Shown piece after piece: positions 53,391 to 64,000 of a stretch of DNA of 64,000 nt. Position 1 is the first letter of the stretch; the number at the start of each line of letters is the position of its first letter. The translations under genes and the position numbers were made by a program. Below the pieces are notes generated by a model. That model had not been told where the DNA came from, searched no databases, and saw only the letters and a list, made by a program, of their open reading frames with translations. Source of the DNA: Octopus sinensis (Eukaryota); assembly GCF_006345805.1 (NCBI RefSeq), contig NC_043009.1, positions 59,024,001 through 59,088,000 of the forward strand, given 5' to 3'.

Positions 53391-53531
53391 TATATTGATA
53401 CATATACATGCACACACAAATACACACATATATACTTATAGATAGATTTATATAGATATACATAGATAAATATATATGTATATGTATATATGTACATATA
53501 CATGCATATATATATATACATACCTATATGA

Positions 53532-53589
<58 letters not shown>

Positions 53590-53864
53590 TGTATGTGTGT
53601 AAATGTGTTTGTACCGATGAATGTATCTGCGTGTCTGCATCGCTGTATGTCTGCGCAATTGTGGTTGTGCTCGATGTAACACCGCCGGCTAAGACATGTA
53701 ACCGAACCACTCGCATCCACTCGACAGAATATGTATCCATAAAATAAGTATCAGTTTGCATTATGCATTTCATTCTATATCATCGATTGAAACCCCTTCA
53801 AAATGATATCCTAAAATAGTAGCTAACGTATGCACAGACACACACACACTCACAAGTATATATA

Positions 53865-53905
<41 letters not shown>

Positions 53906-54095
53906 TATGTATCTATATATATATGTATATATATACATGCATATGTATCTATATATATATATATGTATATATATACATATATATGCACATGTATCTATCT
54001 ATATATATATATGTATATATATATATATGCATATATATATATATATATATAATATATATATATAAATGTGTGTGTGTGTGTGTGTATAGATATGC

Positions 54096-54155
<60 letters not shown>

Positions 54156-55261
54156 GTATATGTGTAAATAAGTATGAATATATATATGTATGTGTCTGTA
54201 TTGATATACATATATACACATGCACTCTCACACACACACACACACACACACTCACACTCACACACACACACATATATATATGTAATGTAGGGATATGGAG
54301 GTGATGTTGTAATTATGATTCCGATGGCGTGAACTAGATTTTCTCTCGTGTGTATCTCAGGCTCTTAGTCAATCTTTCTCTCTCTTTTTATCCCTCTGTT
54401 TCTCTGTCTCTTTCTCTGTCTCTCTGTCTCTCTCTCCCTCACTCTTCCCCTTTCTTTCTGCAACTACTCCAAAGGAGAATTAGAGCTTTATCTGAAGTAG
54501 AAGTGCAAGGTGTGTTTACTACTAGCACTTCTCATTAACTCCACATTCTAAAGCTGATTACCTATTTAGAGACACAGCAGTTCATCTAAACTCCTATGAC
54601 ACACATATGCGCGCGCGTGTTTGTGTGTGTGTATGTTTTTATGCATCCGTTTGTATGAATGTGTAAACACGCGTGTGTGTGTGTGTGTGTGTGCGTCTAT
54701 GTGCACACGGAACGAAAAGACGAAACCAGATATGAATTAATAATGAAAAGAGAAAAATTAATGTGGAAAGAGATAAACCATTCCTCAGAAATGTCCACGG
54801 AGAGACCAGGAAAACATTACTAACCACACGTAATATTCGCGAGATGGTAAAGTAGATAAAGTGGACGCAACTAAAATATATGATAAGATCCTTCATCTGG
54901 TTTTAAGTAAATATTTATTTCAAATTTTCGCACAAGGTCAGCAAACATGAGGGGGCCAGAAGTTGATTGCATCAACTCCAGAATTCAAATAGTATTTATG
55001 TTATCTACCCTAAAACGATGGAAGGCAAAGTCGATCTCTTGAATTTAAACTCACGTTAAGAAAATGGTTTCGCATTTTGGCACAAGGCCAGTAAATCTCA
55101 GGTAGGGGGAAGTTGATTGCATCAACCCCAATGCTCAAGTGGTATTTAAGTTATCTACCCTGAAAGGTGGGCTCAGGTGAATCTGAGCTAATGTTAAGTA
55201 AATATTTTAAAGTTGTTTCGAACTCCTATGGAAATGACTACAAAGCAGTAATCTATGTAAT

Positions 55262-55801
55262 AGACATGCTTAAGAGCGTGGGTTACTAACACCAAGATTC
55301 CCAGTTCGATTCCAGGCAGCGACTTGAATAATAATAATAATAATAATAATGATAATAATAATATAATAATAAATAATATATATAATAAGAATAATAATAT
55401 GATAATAATAATAATAAAATAATAATAATAATAATAATAATAATAATCTAATAATGATGATGATAATAATATATGTGACCTAGGAATGATAGCAAAAAGG
55501 GCTGTTGCTATCTATCTCAGATACCAGGAAACCCCAAAATGGCAGAAGTTCAAAAGATAGTTCTCATGGGAACTGCCCATATCCTACGTAAAATACTGAC
55601 TATGTAATCTCAAATTTTATAACTAACTCATAATTTTCTGATGGTTTCTTAAACATTATCTAGAACAATATTATGTACAAAACCAAATATATGGCACCCT
55701 AGGTATAACACCAACATGAACTTCTGACTTGTTGTCTCTTGACGTCTCTGGGTGAGACTTGGAGCTCACTTGTACAAATGCAAAGCAAAGGACAAGCATA
55801 A

Positions 55802-55832
<31 letters not shown>

Positions 55833-55834
55833 TA

Positions 55835-55876
<42 letters not shown>

Positions 55877-56035
55877 TAACATCGGCAAAATACCTAGGAA
55901 TGAGAACCCAGGTTCAAAATTCCTCCAGGATTCTTGATGAAGGCTGACGAATACATCGACTGAAACGTTGTGTTAGCAACAGACAAGATGAGGACAAATA
56001 TCCGTCAAATGTAAATAATGTAAATAATGTAAATA
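55262..56035 (+). mobile_element. tRNA-like head + (AAT)n + HHR-like tail element, interrupted by an R4/Dong fragment
   Basis: B-box-like gttcgattcc near 55310; decayed HHR UUGAUGA-A-GGCUG...CGACU-GAAA-CGUU-GUGU at ~55934-55973; tail shared with 37641-37735. Confidence 0.6.
55475..55802 (+). pseudogene. 3' end of an R4/Dong-clade element inside (AAT)n
   Basis: LGMIAK...EVQKIVLMGTAHILRKILTM* (stop 55605-55607), a 3' UTR, then (AAT)n on both sides. Confidence 0.85.
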
Positions 56036-56234
56036 CTATTAGTCTTTTATTTTATATTTTTTAGGCCACCACCTAAACTTCCAGACTTAATATTCGTTAA
56101 TCCTTAAATTAAAAATAAACCTCAATATTACTAAATAATTATTAAGCGTTGAGCTGGCAGAGTCGTTAGTACGCTGGGTAAAATGATCAGTGGTATTTCA
56201 TCCCATCTTTACATTATGAGATCAAAATCGAAAA

Positions 56235-56458
56235 TACTAAAAGGGAACCCGAGCGCTCTCAAACATTAATTTTAAAAAGAAGAAAGAAAAATAATACTGG
56301 ATCCCAAAATCAAACTATTCCGTGCCAGTCACGAGGTCAAACATCCCTGAAAGATTCATCCGAATCCATCCAGTGGTTCTTGAGATATCTTGTCCACGGA
56401 CAAACAAACAAATACGACTGAAAACAATACCTCCGCACTAGCGAGGGCGGAGGTAATT
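56235..56458 (+). mobile_element. Possible Helentron-associated (DINE-1-like) non-autonomous element
   Basis: Ends with acaaacaaac...gaaaacaat-acctccgc...gcggaggt hairpin; abuts a partial SINE A head at 56146-56225. Confidence 0.45.
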
Positions 56459-57189
56459 GTGAGGGGATGAGATGGGAGAATCATTGGTACGTCGGACAAA
56501 ATATTTAGCAACATTCCGTGACTTTCTGTTCTAAGTTCAAATTCCACCGAGTTTGATTTTACCCGCGGTGGATATCATAAATCACCAGTTAGGCTTTGGG
56601 GTCGCTGTAATAGAACAACCTCGCTACTAGGAATTTAAGGCCTTTTGCCTATTTAATAATTACAGAAAATCTAGAGGAGAGCACAAATATGAACTGTGTA
56701 TTGTCCTTCAACTGAAATTGGACAAAGAATGTATGTAAATAAACGAACCACTGAGACCGTACAAATTTGGAAGAAGTTATCGAGAAGGAAAAATATCGAG
56801 ACATCTTTGCTTCTGAAGAAAGAAAAAAAGAAAAACGAAGTAACTCAGGTGGATAAAATGACAAAATGGCGAACGCTAGCTTTATGAAAAAAGCACGGAG
56901 TGTATTGAGAGAGCGGTCGAGATATTGAAATGCTTTTTAGGGAGAAAAAAAGCAGCGGCAAACGTAGCTAGCAGAAGTCGAATGGTGTGAGAGAAAGGAA
57001 GAGCGAGAAAATATTTTGGAGAAAAGCAGAATAATTACTGTGAAATAAAGGGGCTAGACAACGAATAAAGAGGTGTAAAATGTGAGCAGAGGGAACGGAA
57101 AAACGACGCAGATATAAATTAGCACAATAGAAAAAGGCATAAATTAGGGTGCGTTGTTTAAACGAGAGAAATTTTTCGACAGGTTTATA

Positions 57190-57233
<44 letters not shown>

Positions 57234-57819
57234 TGTGTGTTAACGGCTGTTTTTATGTTTACGAATTATAACAAAAACAATTCTGCATTAATCTAAGGAG
57301 TTCGTATTTACTATGGTAAAGTACAAGTTTATTCGTAAACATAAATATCGTTGACAGTAACTTAGAAATTTTAGGTTAAGTCATCTTCGGACTGTAACGA
57401 TGTGATCGACTAGATGCCGCCACCAAAATTTCACGCCTTGCATCTCAAATAGAGAGAATTATTACAAAACCCTTTCGACAGCTGGACCATTTCCTCTCAT
57501 TAGCTTTTAAAAATCTTCGACGATCGTTTACTTCCGAACGTTCGCTCTGCTGTCAATTGTTCGTTCGAAGCCCTAACTCTCTACAAAATTTTATATTTCA
57601 ACAATTTCTGGATGTTACTGTCTCATGAAGTCTTCTTGTCTTGTCGTCAAAAGCACAAAACTGGTAGTAATAAATAGTCGACAACTGAGGAGGAGTTAAA
57701 CTGATATTGGTATTTTGTCCCGTACTTGTCTCTCGTTGTGTATTTACGTATTTTTCGCTCGTTCCTGATGTCCTGTACTTAATGGGTATTTTATATTTTA
57801 TATACATACATTTACATAT

Positions 57820-58198
57820 GTTTGTGTGTATGTATGTATGTATGTATGTATGTATGTATGTATGTATGTAGGTAGGTAGGTAGGTAGCAGGTAGGTAGGT
57901 AGGTAGGTAGGTAGGTAGTAGGTAAGCAGGTGGGCAGGTAGGCACGTAGGCCGTTATGCTGGCAGGTGAGTAGGTAGGTTGGTAGGTAGACAGGCAGATA
58001 GGTAGGTAAGTAGGTAGGTTGGTAGGTAGACAGGCAGATAGGTAGGTAGGTAGGTAGGTAGGTAGGTAGGTAGGTAAATAGGTAGGTAGGTAGGTAGGAA
58101 GTAGGTAGGTAGGTAGGTAAGTAGGTAGGTAGATAGGTAGGTAGGTATGTAGGTAGGTAGGTAGGTAGGTAGGTCGGTAGGTAGGTAGGTAGTTAGTT
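57820..58198. repeat. (TATG)n grading into (TAGG)n microsatellite
   Basis: Directly visible. Confidence 0.95.
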
Positions 58199-58200
58199 AA

Positions 58201-58432
58201 GGCTGCGAGCTGGCAGAATCGTTAGCACGCCGGGCGAAATGCCCAGCAGTATTTCGACTACCGTTACGTTCTGAGTTCAAATTCCGCCGAGGTCGACTTT
58301 GCCTTTCGTCCTTTCGGGGTCGATTAAATAAGTACCAGTTACGCACTGGAGTCGATGTAATCGACTTAATGCATTTGTCTGTCCTTGTTTCTCCCTTCTG
58401 TGTTTAGCCCCTTGTGGGTAGTAAAGAAATAG
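58201..58432 (+). mobile_element. SINE family A, monomer
   Basis: Full head, core and tail. Confidence 0.92.
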
Positions 58433-59981
58433 ATAGTTAGTTAGTTAATTAGGTAGGTAGGTAAGTTGGACTTTTTAGTCAAAATATATTGTATTTTAAA
58501 TTGTACGAGGGTTAATGCCTTTGTATATGTGTTTTAAAGAACAATGTTATAGAGAAGCAGAGCGTCGGCGGTGGCTTTCTGTCTTCTCCCATCCTTATTA
58601 TCTTGTATTATTATCATTCGCTTCATCAATGTCTTGTTCAGCCCACAAGCTACCATCTTTGTACTGCCTCTATGGCAAATGAAATGAATAAATGTAGGTA
58701 AGTAGGAATGCAGGCATGCATGCTTGCATGCATGCTTGCATACATAACCATTATATGCAACAAAAACAGTATTTGGTTTAAAATAGTCAACTGTGTATTA
58801 TAATAAATTTTGCATGGATTGCTGAAAGGAAAACATGCATTTCATCTGGACGAGGCGTATTTTAAAGCAAAAGCCGGTTCGGTTGTAAAGGAAAATAGTG
58901 TAACAACAGCAGAATGGTATGGCTAATGCGCATTTTGTTATTATTTCTAGGGTTTGTCAGTGGTTTTTACACGCTGCCAAACGTTCGCTAAGAGGAAATC
59001 GGAAGCCACTGATATTGGGTAACAGTACTGAGCAATCAGAGGTGCTGCAATTAGAAGCCAGGCACATACACAGACTCAGATAAACACATACTAACGCTTT
59101 CAGTACACACATATATAGAAGAGGTACGCTGACAAATCGCTTCCCAAACCTTTAAATATATATAAAATGTCTATAAAAGAATAGATATGATTTTCATGAG
59201 TTGAATAAAATGTTTTTGATCATAGCTTCATAGGAACTTGGCTAAGTGAAAATAAATGACACTTATGGACGTGTCTATGAGTGTGGAATTGCTAGGACTG
59301 CTAGAAGAGATAGCTTCGGACCCTATGTCAGGTCGACCTTAAATGTGTTGCGGGCGGGCGAGCGAATAACCAGAAATGTAAGAATATGACAAAAGCAATA
59401 AAAATTAATGCCATCAGTGAAGACACATAGAGAGATCGATAATCGGTACACGAACAACATCTGCTTAAACTATGGAATATCCACTGGGTCAGCCAGTTTA
59501 TATTAAAATGAATCAATTACATTTTTACCTAAGATGATCCAAAGTCATAACTGCATGATATAATGGACATAGTAGTCGATTTTTCCTCAAATCACAGCCG
59601 GTACTTTTAAAAATGTATGACATTTCTACGAAGAATAGATATGATTTTCATGGGTTGAATAAAATGTCCTTGATCATTGCCAAGCGAAACTAAATGACAT
59701 CTATGTATCTACGAATGAGGGATTACTAGGTCTGCTAGAAGGGATATTCAAGGATATTGACAGATGAAAAGCATTGGATCCCATGTCAGTTCGACCTTAG
59801 ATGAGCTGAGGACTGAAGAATAACCACAACGGCAACAATATGACAAGAACAATGACAACTTCTATAAAAGCTAATATTAAAAGGGCATCATTATATATTG
59901 TCTTTGAACATAAGCATTCCCAGAAGGGATTTACATCCAAATAACATATGATTAACATACCCACAAATACTGCTCTCTCTC

Positions 59982-60021
<40 letters not shown>

Positions 60022-60633
60022 TTCTCTGTCTCCCTTCTTTCTCTCATTCTTACTCACATTCTATCTTTCTCTCTGACCCTATCCTTGCACAACCTACAAC
60101 AGGCTAATGCCATATCTCTTTAACCTTGTTTTTACCATTTGTATTTGAACGCCGCGAAAGACACATTAACCATTTCCATACTTAAAGAGGAATGTCATTA
60201 AGAAATTGATAAAAAAAAAAAGTTTTCATTTATATAAACAAATAAATAACAAGAGAGAAGAAAAAGAAAGAAAACAGCAAACAATAAACATCCCCTCAAG
60301 CTTATAAAAATTGGGCAGCAACTTGCTTCCACTAGATGCTGTGAAATAAAGTCGGTGATCAGAAGCGCATAGATATATGATGGAACTTTTTTGCACTTTG
60401 TTGTATATAATGCTATTAAGATACATACACACTTATAATAGCATACGCACAATATATACATACATACATATATACATACATACACCCAAACACACACACA
60501 CAATATATATACATATTATATATATATATATATATAATATATATATATTTCTATATATATTTATTATAATATATGTATGTATATATGTATGTACATATGT
60601 ATATATACATATTATATATATATATATAATAAT

Positions 60634-60710
<77 letters not shown>

Positions 60711-61520
60711 GGTATATATATGTCTTTTATAAGGTTGTCATGACTCTTCCACAATGTAATGGAATAACATTTTTCTTTCACTGAACTATATATTGCAGCT
60801 TCACCCACCACCATTAACTATCTCTCCTTCTCTATCTTCCTCCTTTCTCTCTGTTTCTCTTTCTCTGGACGAGTAAGTGATGGCTAGGTTGCATATGTAT
60901 ATACATATATATATATGTATATAAAAGCTGTCGAAAGCTTAACTTTGTAGAGTTTTGTCTTGGCGCTACTTAATCATTAGTTCCTCAGAGCTCTTTTACA
61001 ACATCTCATTTAGATTCCACCAGGTTTTCTTTCGATGTTAACCATTCACCTTTTCGCTAACACTATCGCCAAATTTAATCTCATCTCTCACAAGCGAACA
61101 TTGCATCTAGCATTTTAATACAATAGTTCCACCTTTTCTCATTCAATCATTCTTTCCAATTTTTCTTTCGTACAATCCTTCTGTATTCACATTATTTCAT
61201 TGCCATATATTGTTGTAATAGAATTTCTTTTTTTCAGCCCTGGTCGTTAAAAGCGTTCCAGCAGTGACCGCACTGTCTATTTGTATATCGAGTATTACAT
61301 TATCTCGTGTGTTTCCATTTACTAAGAATTATGTACGTAGTTTTTCTCCCTCTTTTAAAACTCTTTACAGACTTTTGTTTTATTTCAAAGACTCTTTTAT
61401 CTATTTTATTATCATAGGTCTGACAAACATTATAGGTTTAATAATCATTATTGTAAGTATGGCAATTATTGTTATAGGTCTAATCATTATTATCATACAT
61501 CTTACATTATTATTATTTTG

Positions 61521-61622
<102 letters not shown>

Positions 61623-61644
61623 GTTATCATTATTATTATTATTC

Positions 61645-62229
61645 AGTAGTTTTATTTTTATAGCGTGCATTCACTTCACTAACGAGCGCAGCTCTGTGTG
61701 CCTTGGGTATGTGCAGTGATTTGTTGTGATGCTATGATCGTTACTGTATTGAAAGTGTTCTGCGTAGGATGTGTGCAGTGCCTAGTAGTGCAATTTTCTG
61801 TGTTGTATGTGTTTGTAAGTCCTGGTGGTTTTGTTATGTATTTGTCTGAATTTTCTTTTTATCATACCTAATGCACCTACTATGATAAGAATTGTTTCTG
61901 TTTTTAGATTCCACATTCGAGTTACTTCTATTTCCCGGTCGTTGTCATCTGCTGGTATTGATACATCAATTAGAAAGCATTCTTTTTCCTTCATTCTCTC
62001 TGATAACTATAACTGACGTGTTGGCTTTAATTTCTCTATCTGTGTGTATTGGCATATCCCAGAGTATGGTTGCTTTCTCGTTTTCGGTGACCGTTTCTGG
62101 CGTGTGCCTATACCATCTTTTTTCTGTTGTTATTCCATAATGTTGGCATAGCTTCCAGTGTATGTAGGTCCCAACTCTGTCGTGTCTGTGAATATATTCC
62201 TTCTTAGCCTTCACAGACACGACAGAGTT
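61645..62229 (-). pseudogene. 3' fragment of an R4/Dong-clade element (restriction-like endonuclease domain)
   Basis: AKKEYIHRHDRVGTYIHWKLCQHYG...WYRHTP...ILWDMPIHTDREIKAN, LIDVSIPADDN, GALGMIK, QKIALLGTAHILRRTLSIQ* (stop 61741-61743); (AAT)n on both sides. Confidence 0.92.
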
Positions 62230-62233
62230 ATTA

Positions 62234-62292
<59 letters not shown>

Positions 62293-62788
62293 GTTATTAT
62301 TATTATTATTATTGTTATTATTATTATCATTATCATTATTTTTATTTTTATCATTATTATTAGTAGTAGTAGTTGTTGTTATTGTAGTAGTAGTATTAGT
62401 TGTAGTTGTAGTAGCAGTGGTGGTGGTAGTAGTAGTACTACTAGTAGCAGCAGTAGAGGTAGTGATGATGGTAGTAGTAGTGGTGTTGGTGGTGATGGTG
62501 GTGTTAGTAGTAGCAGTAGAGGTGGTGGTGGTGGTGGTAGTAGTAGTACTACTAGTAGTAGCAGTAGAGGTGGTGGTGGTGGTGGTAGTAGTAGTAGAGG
62601 TGGTGTTGGTGGTGATGGTGGTGTTAGTAGTAGTGGTGGTGGTGGTGGTGGTAGTAGTAGTAGTAGAGGTGGTGTTGGTGGTGATAGTAGTTGTAGTAGT
62701 AGTAGAGGTGGTGTTGGTGGTAGTAGTGGTAGTGGTGGTGGTGGTGGTGGTGGTGGTGGTGGTGGTGTGGGTGATGGTGGCAGTAGTT

Positions 62789-62845
<57 letters not shown>

Positions 62846-62914
62846 ATTACAGGTTTGAAATATATTGTAGACGGGACAGATGAGCTAATCATTATCAAAG
62901 GTCCCACAATTATA

Positions 62915-63260
62915 ATTATTTTCATTCAAGTTCATCATATTTCCCTTTCTCTTCTCCCGAGTTACCTTTGTCACGTCTCAGCTAGCTTCCCGCGACATCG
63001 AGACGTAAAACACTTTTCTCAAGGCATCTGCTCTTCCAAGTATGGCTCCCAACTGTGTTACTTCCTATACAGTCAGGTATTTTCAGCTTTATATGCCAGA
63101 ATATTGCTTTCCTTGCGAGGGCCACCAAAGCCACCGTGGTTCAATGGATGTGTTTCACTTCCAATGATATGTCTTGCTGCTTGTCAAATTTCTCTTTCTC
63201 TGTCTCCACTATATCCTGGTCTACAGGTATAGCTATGGAGATGAGCCATTCTTTGGATGT
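62915..63260 (-). pseudogene. 3' fragment of a second R4/Dong subfamily
   Basis: WLISIAIPVDQDIVETEKEKFDKQQDISLEVKHIH and TQLGAILGRADALRKVF; flanked by AAT-type repeats. Confidence 0.8.
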
Positions 63261-63265
63261 TATTA

Positions 63266-63312
<47 letters not shown>

Positions 63313-63340
63313 GTCACCATCATCATCATCATCATCATCA

Positions 63341-63440
<100 letters not shown>

Positions 63441-63447
63441 ATCATCA

Positions 63448-63497
<50 letters not shown>

Positions 63498-63910
63498 GGA
63501 CTGAGTTCAAATATCACACTTGCCAACTTTGTCCTTCATCGTTTCTGGGTCGATAGAATAGAGAACCACCAAGGTGCTGGCGGTTGATGTAAATGACTAT
63601 CCTCATGGCCCTACAATTGTTGGCCTATTACCAAAATTTCAATCAATCATATATCTAAAAATTTATTCTTAAAGGATTGACAAATATTATCACAAGAGAG
63701 ACAATTATGATCGGTATATATCTCGAAATTATTATTATTGTCTCATAAACATTAATGAAAGACTGACAGTTATTACTATTATTATAGGTGGGACAATCAT
63801 TTTTATAAGTCTGACAATCATTATTATGAGTGGGCTGCTTATTATTATAAATTTAACAATTATAGTTTGGCAATTGCAATCATAAGTTTGACAATATTAT
63901 TGGTCTATTA

Positions 63911-64000
63911 GGACGGCGGGCTAGCAGAAACGTTAGCGCTCCGGGCGAAATGCTTAGATGTATTTCGGCTGCGCTACGTTCTGAGTTCAAATTCCGCCGC
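63911..64000 (+). mobile_element. SINE family A head, cut by the window end
   Basis: ggcgggctagcagaaacgttagc...gagttcaaattccgcc. Confidence 0.88.

Overview
AT-rich, repeat-saturated eukaryotic DNA, most likely intergenic or intronic octopus sequence (inferred from the SINE families; not verifiable here). I found no supportable host exon, rRNA, true tRNA or CRISPR array. Nearly all ORF-track proteins are translations of microsatellites. The window holds three abundant tRNA-headed SINE families, non-autonomous Helitrons, two decayed mariner transposons, and fragments of R4/Dong, RTE, RTE-X and Penelope-like (PLE) retroelements. The main hidden signal is a dense population of hammerhead ribozyme (HHR) motifs: about 18 intact or decayed copies in about 8 unrelated sequence contexts, almost all with a palindromic stem III and mostly next to (TA)n tracts. 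Two stand out. One is a ~530-bp tandem array with five HHRs (50.4-53.4 kb) whose 5' junction lies 5 nt from the predicted cleavage site, resembling a retrozyme or PLE terminal-repeat array. The other is a candidate non-circularly permuted HHR at 19093-19152. All folds were read by eye and no ribozyme activity is demonstrated. Boundaries of decayed elements are approximate.
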